A DNA stretch of 64,000 bases, taken from NCBI GenBank assembly GCA_050180485.1, contig JBFXED010000019.1, positions 13,540-77,539 on the forward strand. The letters run 5' to 3'. The notes beneath the pieces are model-generated. The model did not search any database, had not been told where the DNA came from, and saw only the letters and a list, made by a program, of their open reading frames with translations. A program made the translations under genes and the position numbers. Of the stretch, positions 33,894 to 43,695 are shown one piece after another. Numbering within the stretch: position 1 is the first letter of the stretch; the number at the start of each line of letters is the position of its first letter. This DNA is from Alphaproteobacteria bacterium. Its GTDB lineage: Bacteria; Pseudomonadota; Alphaproteobacteria; CADEGL01.

Positions 33894-34352
33894 GTGCGCA
33901 CGAAAGCGAAGCGGATTCGGAAAACCTCGCCGCGGAAGTTACCCCGCGCGATCGTGATTCATTCTCTCACCCATGCGGTGACCGCGCTCAAGGCCGCCGA
34001 AGAAGCCGGCGTACCCATCACGCTTTTATCACCACGCGATTTCGCGGCCTATGGCGGCGCTGGATTCTTCAACGCAATCGTCCGGCGCGCACGGGCGAAA
34101 GTACCGGCGGCAAAATCGGAAGCCGTGCTCGATTGCGGCGACGCGCCCGGTGTGGCGTTGGAAGCGTTGCGCGCGGGCGCGGAAGCCGTGCGTTTCGGCG
34201 GCCGGCCAACCGTGCGAAAGAAGATCGCCGAGATCGCCGGCGTGTACGGCGCGCGGCTTTTCACCGTCCGGCCACAGGCGCTCGATCTTCTCGATGCCGT
34301 CGATCCGCATGCCGCCTGCTGTGCATGGCTTGGACGCAGGATGCGCGCCTAA
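33894..34352 (+). CDS. Truncated class II fructose-bisphosphate aldolase-like protein
   Basis: ALKAAEEAGVPITL...AYGG and VLDCG...EALRAG resemble the class II FBA N-terminal half. Confidence 0.6.
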   Translation: MRTKAKRIRKTSPRKLPRAIVIHSLTHAVTALKAAEEAGVPITLLSPRDFAAYGGAGFFNAIVRRARAKVPAAKSEAVLDCGDAPGVALEALRAGAEAVRFGGRPTVRKKIAEIAGVYGARLFTVRPQALDLLDAVDPHAACCAWLGRRMRA

Positions 34353-34426
34353 TTGAAAAACGCGCCTATGTCGGCTATTCAGGATCGGTCATTCCCTCTC
34401 CGCACGATTGCAAGGAAAACGGTCCG

Positions 34427-35356
34427 ATGAAGCTCTCCGCGCGCGTCAAGAAAATCCTGGCCAACTATGAAAGCGACACGCCCGGCACCAAGGCCAACCT
34501 GGCCCGCATCCTGATGAACGGCCGACTGGGCGGCACCGGCAATCTGGTGATCCTGCCGGTCGACCAGGGCTTCGAACACGGCCCCGCGCGCAGCTTCGCG
34601 CCCAACCCCGACGCCTACGACCCGCACTATCATTATCAGCTCGCGATCGATGCGGGCCTGTCGGCATACGCCGCGCCGCTCGGCATGATCGAAGCGGGCG
34701 CCGACACCTTCGCCGGCTGCATTCCGACCATCCTCAAGGTCAACAGCGCGAATAGCCTGTCGCGCGTGAAGGAAGGCGCCGACCAGGCCGTGACCGGCAG
34801 CGTGAAGGACGCGCTGCGCCTCGGCTGCTCTGCCATCGGCTTCACCATCTATCCGGCTTCCGACGCGGGCTACGCCCAGATGGAAGAGATCCGCGCGATG
34901 GCCGAAGAGGCCAAGGCGCACGGCCTAGCCGTCGTCATGTGGTCCTATCCGCGCGGCGGCAGCCTGTCCAAGCAGGGCGAGACGGCCATCGACATCGTGG
35001 CCTATGCCGCCCACATGGCCGCGCTCCTGGGCGCCCACATCATCAAGGTGAAGCCGCCAACCGAGCATCTTGAACTCGAAGCCGCCAAGAAGGTCTACGA
35101 AAGCCGCAAGATCGACGTCTCCACCCTCACCGCCCGCATCCGCCACGTGGTGCAGAGCTGTTTCAACGGCCGCCGCATCGTCGTCTTCTCCGGTGGCGAG
35201 GCCAAGGATCTGGACGGCATCTACAAGGAGATCCGCGAGATCCGCGACGGTGGCGGCACCGGCTCCATCATCGGCCGCAACACGTTCCAGCGTCCGCGCG
35301 ACGAGGCGCTGAAGATGCTCGACACCATCATCGACATCTACAAGAACAAGGCCTGA
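34427..35356 (+). CDS. fbaB: Class I (DhnA-type) fructose-bisphosphate aldolase
   Basis: [26 protein letters not shown] Schiff-base lysine, IIGRN. Confidence 0.94.
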   Translation: MKLSARVKKILANYESDTPGTKANLARILMNGRLGGTGNLVILPVDQGFEHGPARSFAPNPDAYDPHYHYQLAIDAGLSAYAAPLGMIEAGADTFAGCIPTILKVNSANSLSRVKEGADQAVTGSVKDALRLGCSAIGFTIYPASDAGYAQMEEIRAMAEEAKAHGLAVVMWSYPRGGSLSKQGETAIDIVAYAAHMAALLGAHIIKVKPPTEHLELEAAKKVYESRKIDVSTLTARIRHVVQSCFNGRRIVVFSGGEAKDLDGIYKEIREIRDGGGTGSIIGRNTFQRPRDEALKMLDTIIDIYKNKA

Positions 35357-35366
35357 TTCCCCGCCC

Positions 35367-36056
35367 ATGGCGCGCAAGCCGCGTCCGGCGAAGGAACCTG
35401 AGGAAACCGAATCGGAGCCGGCGCCCTGCCGGCTCTACCTCATTACCCCGCCCGCCTTCGATCCGCGCGCGTTCCGCGACACGCTCGCGGCCGCACTCGA
35501 CGGCGGCGACGTGGCCTGCCTGCAGCTTCGCCTGAAGGACGTGCCCGACGAAGAAATCCGCCGCGCGGGCGAAATCCTGATGCCGGTGTGTCACCGGCGC
35601 GACGTGGCCTTCATCGTCAACGACCGGCCCGACATTGCCCAAGCGCTGGGCGCGGACGGCGTGCATGTCGGCCAGACCGATGCGAGCTATGAAGACGCAC
35701 GGCAACTTTTGGGGCCGGACAAGATCGTCGGCGTGACCTGCCATGCCTCGCGCCATCTGGCCATGGAGGCCGGCGAGGCGGGCGCGGATTACGTGGCGTT
35801 CGGCACCTTCTTTCCGACGCGCACGAAAGAGGGCGCCAAAACGCTGGCCGATCCCGATCTTCTGTTCTGGTGGGACCGGCTGATGACGGTGCCCTCTGTC
35901 GCCATCGGCGGAATCAACGCCGAGAACTGCGCGCCGTTGGTCGAAGCCGGCGCGGATTTCCTGGCCGTCGTCTCAGCCGTATGGGATCACCCTCAAGGCC
36001 CCGCGGCGGGCGTGCGAGCCTTGAATGACGCCATTGTCCGCGCGGGCGGGGCTTAG
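35367..36056 (+). CDS. thiE: Thiamine-phosphate synthase
   Basis: [25 protein letters not shown]. Confidence 0.93.
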   Translation: MARKPRPAKEPEETESEPAPCRLYLITPPAFDPRAFRDTLAAALDGGDVACLQLRLKDVPDEEIRRAGEILMPVCHRRDVAFIVNDRPDIAQALGADGVHVGQTDASYEDARQLLGPDKIVGVTCHASRHLAMEAGEAGADYVAFGTFFPTRTKEGAKTLADPDLLFWWDRLMTVPSVAIGGINAENCAPLVEAGADFLAVVSAVWDHPQGPAAGVRALNDAIVRAGGA

Positions 36057-36496
36057 TCGGCGGGCGGTTGCATGCGGAAGGGAATCGCCAGGCGGTTCCA
36101 CGCATTGATCTCGATGATGAGATAGGTCAGCGCGACCATCAGCTTGTCGCCGAACTGCTTCAACGCTTCCTGATAGACGTCGTCCGGCGCGTGGGTCTGA
36201 CTGACCAGCGTGACGGCCTCGGCCCAGGCCAGCGCCGCGCGCTCCTGGGCGCTGAAACTGTTCGCCTCGCGCCAGGCCGGCAGCACATCGATATGCGCCT
36301 GCTTGACGCCAACCGCGCGCAAATCCTTCGCGTGCAGCCAGCAGCAATAGGCGCAGCCGTTGATCTGCGACACACGGAGCTTGACCAGATGGATCAGCGC
36401 CTTGTCGAAGCCGCTCTCGCTGACGACGCGGCTGAGCCCCGCCATGGCGCGATATCCTTCCGGAGAGATCGTCTTGTAGTCGAGCCGTTGGGACAT
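36053..36496 (-). CDS. Carboxymuconolactone decarboxylase/AhpD-like protein
   Basis: [23 protein letters not shown]. Confidence 0.88.
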   Translation of the reverse strand: MSQRLDYKTISPEGYRAMAGLSRVVSESGFDKALIHLVKLRVSQINGCAYCCWLHAKDLRAVGVKQAHIDVLPAWREANSFSAQERAALAWAEAVTLVSQTHAPDDVYQEALKQFGDKLMVALTYLIIEINAWNRLAIPFRMQPPAD

Positions 36497-36516
36497 GGTT
36501 GCCTCCGTTGAAACCG

Positions 36517-37569
36517 TTACGTTCGCGCGACCGGCGCCCACAGGATGTCGTCGATACGATCCACGCCGGCCGCCAGCATGACCAGCCGGTCGAAGCCCAA
36601 GGCGATGCCCGCACTTTCCGGCATGCCGTGTTCGAGCGCCGCCAGGAAATCCTCATCGATGGGATAGCGTAGGCCGTACAGCTTCTCTTTCAAGTCCATG
36701 TCGGCCTCGAAGCGCGCGCGCTGGACGCGGACATCGGTCAACTCGCCGAATGCGTTGGCCAGTTCCAATCCGCAGACATAGATCTCGAACCGCTCCGCCA
36801 GGCGCGCATCGCCCGGCTTCGGACGCGACAGCGCGGCCATGGAGATCGGGTAGTCGTAGAGAATCGTCGGCGTGGGATGTCCGAGCTTGGGCTCGATATG
36901 CTCAAGGAAAATACGGAAGAAGATGTCGTCCCAACTGTCACTCTCCACAGGACGCAGTCCCAGCTTGCGTGCTTCCGGCGCGAACAACGCCGCGTTCGGA
37001 TTCTTCGGATCCGGCCCCATGCAGGCAAAAAGATCGATGCCGGTGTGCCGCCGAAACGCGTCGGTGACCGAAACCCGGTCCCATGCGCCGAACGGATCGG
37101 ATTCAAGGCCGCGCCAGGAAAAGCGCGTGCGTCCCGCCGCCTGCAGCGCGGCGCGCAACAGGCCGACGCAATCCTCCATGATGTCGCGATAAGAGGCGTC
37201 GGCGCGGTACCACTCGATCATGCTGAACTCGGGGTGGTGCGTCGCGGCGCGCTCGGCGTTCCGGTAGACCTTGCACAATTGGTAGAGGCGCTTCTCGCCC
37301 GCCACCAAGAGCTTCTTCATGGTGAATTCGGGACTCGTGTGCAGATAGAGCGTGCGCCGCGCCGCGCGGTCCGGCGCCTCGAGTTCGGTGCGGAAGGCGG
37401 CCAGATGCGGCTCCAGCCCCGGACTAACCTGCAAGGCGGGGGTTTCGACCTCGGCGAAATTCTCGCCGGCGAAGAACCCGCGCACGGCACCAAGCACCTT
37501 CTGGCGCGTTTCCAGATAGGGCCGGCGAGCGGCGTAAACATGGGGTTTCCACCAGTTTTCCGTACTCAC
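36517..37569 (-). CDS. epmA: EF-P lysine aminoacylase EpmA (GenX/PoxA)
   Basis: EVETP, LHTSPEF.MKKLL, RNAE...HHPEFSMIEWY, ELANAFGE, GIALGFDRL; divergent from efp. Confidence 0.93.
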   Translation of the reverse strand: MSTENWWKPHVYAARRPYLETRQKVLGAVRGFFAGENFAEVETPALQVSPGLEPHLAAFRTELEAPDRAARRTLYLHTSPEFTMKKLLVAGEKRLYQLCKVYRNAERAATHHPEFSMIEWYRADASYRDIMEDCVGLLRAALQAAGRTRFSWRGLESDPFGAWDRVSVTDAFRRHTGIDLFACMGPDPKNPNAALFAPEARKLGLRPVESDSWDDIFFRIFLEHIEPKLGHPTPTILYDYPISMAALSRPKPGDARLAERFEIYVCGLELANAFGELTDVRVQRARFEADMDLKEKLYGLRYPIDEDFLAALEHGMPESAGIALGFDRLVMLAAGVDRIDDILWAPVART

Positions 37570-37677
37570 GCGCGCGGCCTCGCGGCGTTGCGTGGGTAGG
37601 GGCAAGCTGATAGGGTCCGCGCCCGTCGCGCCGGCCAGGGCGTACGACAAAGCCATGTCCAGCAAGGCGAAACCGAC

Positions 37678-38244
37678 ATGAAAGTCTCCGCGATCACCGT
37701 CCGTGCGGGCCACATTCTTGAGCACGAGGGCAAGCTGTGGGCCGTCATTAAGAGCGAGATATTCCAGCCGGGCAAGGGCGCCTCGGTGGTCCAGGTCGAG
37801 ATGCGCGACGCGCGCACCGGCATCAAGACCAATGTGCGCTTCCGTACCCAGGAAACCGTCGAGCGCGTGAGCCTGGACGAGCGCGAGTATCAGTTCCTGT
37901 TCCATGAAGGCGACACCTACACCTTCATGGACAAGGAATCGTTCGAACAGCTGACGGTCCAGAAGGAGGTTATCGGCGAGCAAGCCGATTTCCTGCGCGA
38001 CAATATGGATGTCTCGATCCACACCTTCGAGGGTCAGCCGCTGACGGTCACCCTGCCGCAGAACTGCATCATGGAAATCGTGGAAGCGGATGCGGTGGTG
38101 AAAGGCCAGACAGCCTCCTCGTCATACAAGCCCGCGATCCTCGAGAACGGCGTGCGCGTGATGGTGCCGCCCTTCGTCGGCCGCGGCGAGAAGATCGTCG
38201 TCAACATCGCCGACCGGACCTACGTCGAACGCGCCCGGGGCTGA
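37678..38244 (+). CDS. efp: Translation elongation factor P
   Basis: PGKG loop, YKPAILENG, VPPFV. Confidence 0.96.
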   Translation: MKVSAITVRAGHILEHEGKLWAVIKSEIFQPGKGASVVQVEMRDARTGIKTNVRFRTQETVERVSLDEREYQFLFHEGDTYTFMDKESFEQLTVQKEVIGEQADFLRDNMDVSIHTFEGQPLTVTLPQNCIMEIVEADAVVKGQTASSSYKPAILENGVRVMVPPFVGRGEKIVVNIADRTYVERARG

Positions 38245-38250
38245 TCGCCG

Positions 38251-39063
38251 ATGACCATGCGGTCCCCCATCCTCAACGTGATGGTCAACACCGCGTTGAA
38301 GGTCTCGAAGGGTCTGGTGCGCGACTTCGGCGAAGTCGAACAGCTCCAGGTTTCGCTCAAAGGTCCTGCCGATTTCGTTTCTTCCGCCGATCTCAAGGCC
38401 GAGGAAATGCTGCGCAAGGAACTGGGCAAGGCGCGTCCGGGCTACGGCTTCCTGATGGAGGAAAGCGCCGAGACCAAGGGCGATGGCCAGCACCGCTGGA
38501 TCGTCGACCCACTCGACGGCACGCTCAATTTCCTGCACGGCATTCCCCACTTCGCCATCTCGGTCGCGCTCGAGAAAGACGGCGAGATTGTGGCCGCCAT
38601 GGTCCACGACCCGATCCGGCACGAGACCTTCACCGCCGAGAAGGGCAAGGGCGCCTACGTGAACGACCGCCGCCTGCGCGTTTCGGCGCGCAAGCACATG
38701 AACGAGGCGGTGATCGCGACCGGCATTCCCTTCAAGGCGCACGCCGACCACCCGCGGTATCTCGGGCAGTTGGCCACCGTGATGGCCGAGGTGGCCGGGG
38801 TGCGGCGCTTCGGCTCGGCCGCCCTGGATTTGGCTTGGCTCGCGGCCGGACGTTACGACGGGTTCTGGGAGATCGGGTTGTCGCCCTGGGATATCGCGGC
38901 CGGTCTGCTGTTGGTGCGCGAGGCTGGCGGCTTCGTCAGCGAGATCGGCGGCGGCCATAAGATGATCGAAAGCGGCAGTGTGCTGGCCGCGAACGCCCAC
39001 CTCCATTTGCCGCTGGGCGAATTGCTGAAACGGTCGAAGCCAGCCAGCCAGCCGGAAAATTGA
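38251..39063 (+). CDS. suhB: Inositol monophosphatase family protein SuhB
   Basis: WIVDPLDGTLNF, RRFGSAALDL, WDIAAG. Confidence 0.95.
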   Translation: MTMRSPILNVMVNTALKVSKGLVRDFGEVEQLQVSLKGPADFVSSADLKAEEMLRKELGKARPGYGFLMEESAETKGDGQHRWIVDPLDGTLNFLHGIPHFAISVALEKDGEIVAAMVHDPIRHETFTAEKGKGAYVNDRRLRVSARKHMNEAVIATGIPFKAHADHPRYLGQLATVMAEVAGVRRFGSAALDLAWLAAGRYDGFWEIGLSPWDIAAGLLLVREAGGFVSEIGGGHKMIESGSVLAANAHLHLPLGELLKRSKPASQPEN

Positions 39064-39202
39064 ACGATTCCAAGGCGGTTGTCCGCAATGGCCGGCCTGG
39101 GCTATGGTGACCGGGCATGGCCTGGCCGGATTTTTTCCCGCGCGATCGATAAGCGCGCGCCTCGCCAGGCGACGAGAAACCGGCGGCTGACGTCACGAGA
39201 CC

Positions 39203-40435
39203 ATGGGGAAGATTGAGCCGATGACGGGCCGCCAAGCCCAAACCCGGATCTATCCGTCGGCGCGCCGCACTGGCGGCGCGGTGATGCTCGCGGCTGCCTG
39301 TCTCGTCTTCGCGCCCACCGGTGCCCAGGCCCAGTATTACGACTACGGGCGCTCTTCCAGCGGGGTCACCGTCGACCAGTCGGTTCTCGATGCGCTGGGG
39401 CCGGAGCCGAACGCCGCGCAGTATTCGACACCGGGCAATCCTTGGCTGAGCCCCGCGCCCGCCCCACAGCAGCAGATGCAGGCCCCCGCACCAACCGGTA
39501 AGGGCGCCGTCAATCTGAAGCGCCCGTCCGGCAAGGCGCCGCGCAAGGCCGTGGCCGCGAAAAAGAAGAAGGTGCCCGCCGAGACCGCGTCCGTGCCCAC
39601 GATCACGGCGACCCAGCCGGTCGCCGAGCCCGTGCCCGCGACGCCGCCCGCCGAAACCAAGGCGGAAGCCGCGCCGCCAGCCCCGGTCGAGACCCCGGCC
39701 AAGCCCGCACCGAAGGCGACCAAAGCCGGCAAGGATGCCGTGAAGGCCAACCCGCCGCCGCCCGAGGTGAAGGCGGCGGCATCCGGCACGCCGGAGCCCG
39801 CTCCTGTCCCGCCACTGCCATCGTCTCCAGCATCGACACCTGCGCCCAGCAGCCCCCCGGCCGCGCCTGCCGCATCGCCCACGCCCCCGACTCCAGCGCC
39901 GGCCGCGACCTCGCCGCCCGCGCTTCCGGCGGCACCCGCCCCGTCCAAGCAAGCTTCCGCGACGCCGCCTGCGCAACCGACGCCGCCAGCCGGAGCACCA
40001 ACACCGGTGACGCCCCCCGCCACGGCACCTTCGGCCGCCACGCCGCCGGCCGCGCCACCGCCCGGACCGGCCATCCCTCCGACAACCCAGACCGCCACAG
40101 CACGCGCGCCTTCCGTCCCGCTCGGAGACGGCACGCGCATCGCGTTCACGGGCGAGGAAACCGAACTGAACGACGCCAGCAAGCAAGCGCTGGCGGGCGT
40201 CGTGCAGAAGCTGCAGGCGCAACCCAACACGCGGGTGCAGTTGCTGGCCTATGCCAGCGGCACGCCGGACCAAGCCAGCAAGGCACGGCGCACGTCGCTC
40301 TCGCGCGCACTTGCCGTGCGCACATACCTTCTCGCTCAGGGCGTGCAGAGCACGCGTATCGACGTGCGCGCGCTGGGTAACACGACCGACGAGCAACCGG
40401 TCGATCGCGTCGACGCGATCTACGCGAAGCCTTAG
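39203..40435 (+). CDS. Secreted Pro/Ala-rich protein with C-terminal OmpA-like domain
   Basis: Signal peptide (AQA), long P/A/T linker, SLSRALAVR.YL...GV...RIDVRALG. Confidence 0.8.
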   Translation: MGKIEPMTGRQAQTRIYPSARRTGGAVMLAAACLVFAPTGAQAQYYDYGRSSSGVTVDQSVLDALGPEPNAAQYSTPGNPWLSPAPAPQQQMQAPAPTGKGAVNLKRPSGKAPRKAVAAKKKKVPAETASVPTITATQPVAEPVPATPPAETKAEAAPPAPVETPAKPAPKATKAGKDAVKANPPPPEVKAAASGTPEPAPVPPLPSSPASTPAPSSPPAAPAASPTPPTPAPAATSPPALPAAPAPSKQASATPPAQPTPPAGAPTPVTPPATAPSAATPPAAPPPGPAIPPTTQTATARAPSVPLGDGTRIAFTGEETELNDASKQALAGVVQKLQAQPNTRVQLLAYASGTPDQASKARRTSLSRALAVRTYLLAQGVQSTRIDVRALGNTTDEQPVDRVDAIYAKP

Positions 40436-40439
40436 CCGA

Positions 40440-42251
40440 TCACCCGGCAGCCAGACGCGCCGCTGAATCCATCTCGTTCCGGTCGAACTGCAGCGCCGCG
40501 AGCCGTGCATAGAGGCCACGCGCCGCGATCAATTCGTCGTGGCGGCCGATCGCGTCGATCCGTCCCCGGTCGAAGACGACGATGCGATCCGCCTTCTGCA
40601 CGGTCGACAGGCGGTGCGCGATGACCAGCGTGGTGCGCCCCGCCATCAGCCGCTCCAGCGCCGTCTGCACCAGCCGTTCGCTTTCCGAATCCAAGGCGCT
40701 GGTGGCCTCGTCGAGCACAAGAACGGCGGGGTCGCACAGGATCGCGCGGGCGATGGCGATACGCTGGCGCTGGCCGCCGGACAAGCGCACGCCGCGCTCG
40801 CCTAGGAACGTGTCCAGCCCTTCGGGCAGCTTGTGCAGGAATTCCATCGCCGCCGCCGCTTCGGCCGCTGCGCGCACCTCTTCATCGCTGGCGGTGGGCC
40901 GCCCGTAACGGATGTTCTCGCGCGCGGTGGTCGAGAAGATCACGGGCTCCTGCGGCACCAACGCGATGCGTCGCCGCACGGCAGCCGGATCGGCTTGACG
41001 CAGATCGACGCCGTCGAGCGTGACGCGGCCCGACTGCGGATCGTGGAATCGCAGCAAAAGCTGGAACACCGTCGATTTGCCGGCGCCGGACGGCCCCACC
41101 AGCGCGATGCTTTCACCCGGCGCGACGGAGAGGGAGACGCCCTCCAATGCGGCGCGATCAGGGCGTGACGGATAGTGGAAGACCACATCCTCCAACGTGA
41201 CCGCGCCTTTGGCCGGCACCGGCAGCGGCAGGGGATTCGCCGGCACCGCGATTTCGGGCACGCTGTCGATCAGCTCGAGTAACCGTTCGCTGGCGCCCGC
41301 CGCGCGCTGAAGGTCGCTAGCGAACTCGCTGATCGCGCCGACCGAGCCGGCCACGACGACCGCATAGAACACGAAGGCGGACAGATCGCCGGCCGTGATC
41401 CGTCCAGCCATCATGTCATGGCCGCCGATCCACAGGATCGTGCCGATGGCGCCGAAGGCCAGCAGGATGACCACCGCGGCCATGCTCGCGCGCGCCGTGA
41501 TACGTCCGCGCGCCGTGTTGAACGCCTCTTCCACGCGCCGGGAAAAATCGCGCCGGTCGGCATCCTCGTGACCGAAGGCCTGGACGGTCTGGATGGCATT
41601 CAACGCCTCGTCCACCTGGGCGCCGACATCGCCGATGCGATCCTGGCTCAGGCGCGAAAGGCGGCGCACGCGCCGGCCGAACACGACGATGGGCGCCACC
41701 ACCAGCGGCACGACTAGGAACACAAGTGCGGTCAGCTTGGGGCTGGTCACCGCCATCATGGCGCCGCCGCCGAGAAGCAACAGGACATTGCGCACGGCCA
41801 TGGAGGCCGATGTACCCACCACAGTCTGCAAAAGCGTGGTGTCGGTGGTCAGGCGCGAGATCACCTCGCCCGTGCGCGTTGTCTCGAAGAAGGCGGGGCC
41901 GAGATCGAGCACGCGATCGAACACCGCTTTGCGGATGTCCGCCGCCACGCGCTCGCCCAGCCACGAAACGAAATAGGAGCGCGCCCACGAGGCCGCCGCC
42001 AACACGGCTACGATGGCCAGCATGCCGAGAAGCGCCTGATCGAGCAGGGCCGGGTCGCCGCCCGACAGGCCTTTATCGACCAACCAGCGCAGGCCCGCGC
42101 CGAAGCCCAACACCGTGGCGGCCGCCGTCGCCAGAGCCAGGACCGCCAGCACCGCATGACCCCGGTAGGGGGCCAAAAAGCGGCCCATACGGCGCAGCGA
42201 AGCGAAGCGCGCCGCCCGGCCTTGCCCCCTTGATTCGTCTCGTGCCGCCAT
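40440..42251 (-). CDS. ABC exporter, fused permease/ATPase (MsbA-related)
   Basis: Six TM segments, GPSGAGKS, LSGGQRQR, LDEATSALD. Confidence 0.93.
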   Translation of the reverse strand: MAARDESRGQGRAARFASLRRMGRFLAPYRGHAVLAVLALATAAATVLGFGAGLRWLVDKGLSGGDPALLDQALLGMLAIVAVLAAASWARSYFVSWLGERVAADIRKAVFDRVLDLGPAFFETTRTGEVISRLTTDTTLLQTVVGTSASMAVRNVLLLLGGGAMMAVTSPKLTALVFLVVPLVVAPIVVFGRRVRRLSRLSQDRIGDVGAQVDEALNAIQTVQAFGHEDADRRDFSRRVEEAFNTARGRITARASMAAVVILLAFGAIGTILWIGGHDMMAGRITAGDLSAFVFYAVVVAGSVGAISEFASDLQRAAGASERLLELIDSVPEIAVPANPLPLPVPAKGAVTLEDVVFHYPSRPDRAALEGVSLSVAPGESIALVGPSGAGKSTVFQLLLRFHDPQSGRVTLDGVDLRQADPAAVRRRIALVPQEPVIFSTTARENIRYGRPTASDEEVRAAAEAAAAMEFLHKLPEGLDTFLGERGVRLSGGQRQRIAIARAILCDPAVLVLDEATSALDSESERLVQTALERLMAGRTTLVIAHRLSTVQKADRIVVFDRGRIDAIGRHDELIAARGLYARLAALQFDRNEMDSAARLAAG

Positions 42252-42340
42252 GGCGTCTGCCCTTTAAGCCCCCGGACAGAAAGGTAAAATCGGGAGCGGC
42301 GGCACCCTATCGCGGGGGGCCTCTCCTGCCAACCGGCCCC

Positions 42341-42369
42341 TTGCCGCGCCTGCCCCCCTCGGCTATAAC
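42341..42369 (+). promoter_or_regulatory. Sigma70-type promoter for rpmE
   Basis: TTGCCG-17 nt-TATAAC. Confidence 0.6.
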
Positions 42370-42434
42370 CCCGGGCCTCAGATCAACGGCAGACGGATTT
42401 CCGCGCGCCCATCGCGCGCGAGGAGCGACGGCAT

Positions 42435-42668
42435 ATGAAGAAAGAAACCCATCCGGACTACCACGAGATCAACGTGGTGATGACCGACGGCACCGCGTTC
42501 AAGACGCGTTCGACCTACGGCAAGCCCGGCGACACGCTGCGCCTGGACATCGACCCGCTGACGCACCCGGCTTGGACCGGCGGCTCGCAGCGCCTGGTCG
42601 ACTCGGGCGGTCAGGTTGCGCGCTTCAATAAGCGCTTCCAGGGCTTCGGCCTCAAGCAGGGCAAGTAA
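42435..42668 (+). CDS. rpmE: 50S ribosomal protein L31 (Zn-free type)
   Basis: [10 protein letters not shown]...STY...LDID..THPAWTG; no CxxC. Confidence 0.96.
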   Translation: MKKETHPDYHEINVVMTDGTAFKTRSTYGKPGDTLRLDIDPLTHPAWTGGSQRLVDSGGQVARFNKRFQGFGLKQGK

Positions 42669-42689
42669 GCCCCGCCATCTTCGTTTTTG

Positions 42690-42722
42690 AAACGCCCGGG
42701 ACACTGTCCCGGGCGTTTTTTG
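42690..42722 (+). terminator. Intrinsic terminator after rpmE
   Basis: aaacgcccgggaca-c-tgtcccgggcgttt followed by a T-run. Confidence 0.88.
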
Positions 42723-42730
42723 TTTGCGCT

Positions 42731-43681
42731 CTATTCCGGCAGGTCGCGCCCGCGCAGCGTGGCGATCAGGTCGATGATGGCCTTGTCGCGCTCGCGCGCT
42801 AGCGCATCGTTGCTGCGCCCGCCTGTTGCTTCCACCACGCCATCGACCATGCGCTTGCGCGTGTCGGGATCGACCGTCGTCTTGCCGTCGGCCAAGTCGT
42901 AGGTGTTGAACTCGTTCGGGAACGAATCGATGAAGTCCCAGAACCCGGTCCGGCGCGCCAAGTGGAAATTCAGGCTCGGCCCCATCACCGCCCAGCGCAG
43001 GCCCGGACCTTGCGACATGGCCGCGTCGATGTCGGCCATGCTGGCGATGTCCATCCGCGCCAGGTTGATGATCTCGCGGTAGACCGCACCCTGCAGCCGG
43101 TTGGCGACGAAGCCCGCGATCTCCTTCTTCAGCTTGAGCGCACGCTTGCCGCAATGCGTGTAGAAGTCCGCCGCCCAATCCAGCGTCTCCGGCGCGGTCT
43201 TGGCGCCGCCCACCACTTCGACCAGCGGGATCAGATAGGGCGGATTGAACGGATGCCCCACGATCACGCGCTCCGGATGTCTGCAGCGCGCCTGGATCTT
43301 GCTGGGCAGCAGCGCCGAGGCGCTGGAGGCGATGACAATGTCCGGATCGAGAACCGCCTCCAATGACGCCACCAGCGCGGCCTTCACGTCTTCCTTCTCC
43401 GGCGCGCTTTCCTGCACGAACTGGCAGCCTTCGACCGCCTTCACCGGATCGGCATTGAAAGTGAACCGCTCCGGGTCGGCCCCCGGCGCCAGGCCCAGCT
43501 TCTCCAGCACCGGCCAGCCGCGCGCGATCATCGTGCGCAGAGATTCCTCGCCCTTCGGACCGGGGTCACTGGCCGAAACCTCCAGCCCGCGCGAAAGGAA
43601 CAGCGCGGCCCAGGCCCCGCCGATCAGACCCGTGCCGATGACGCCAACGCGGCGCACCTGGTCCGGAGCCGGTCTTGCCAT
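42731..43681 (-). CDS. 3-hydroxyacyl-CoA dehydrogenase family (L-carnitine dehydrogenase/lambda-crystallin-like)
   Basis: GTGLIG, VQESAPE, HPFNPPYLIPLVE, GFVANRLQ, GPGLRW. Confidence 0.88.
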   Translation of the reverse strand: MARPAPDQVRRVGVIGTGLIGGAWAALFLSRGLEVSASDPGPKGEESLRTMIARGWPVLEKLGLAPGADPERFTFNADPVKAVEGCQFVQESAPEKEDVKAALVASLEAVLDPDIVIASSASALLPSKIQARCRHPERVIVGHPFNPPYLIPLVEVVGGAKTAPETLDWAADFYTHCGKRALKLKKEIAGFVANRLQGAVYREIINLARMDIASMADIDAAMSQGPGLRWAVMGPSLNFHLARRTGFWDFIDSFPNEFNTYDLADGKTTVDPDTRKRMVDGVVEATGGRSNDALARERDKAIIDLIATLRGRDLPE

Positions 43682-43695
43682 GAAGAATCTCCCGT

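Noticed and set aside
38936-40519. 527-aa Gly/Arg-rich minus-strand ORF
   Set aside because: Reverse-complement artefact of the Pro/Ala-rich OmpA-like gene
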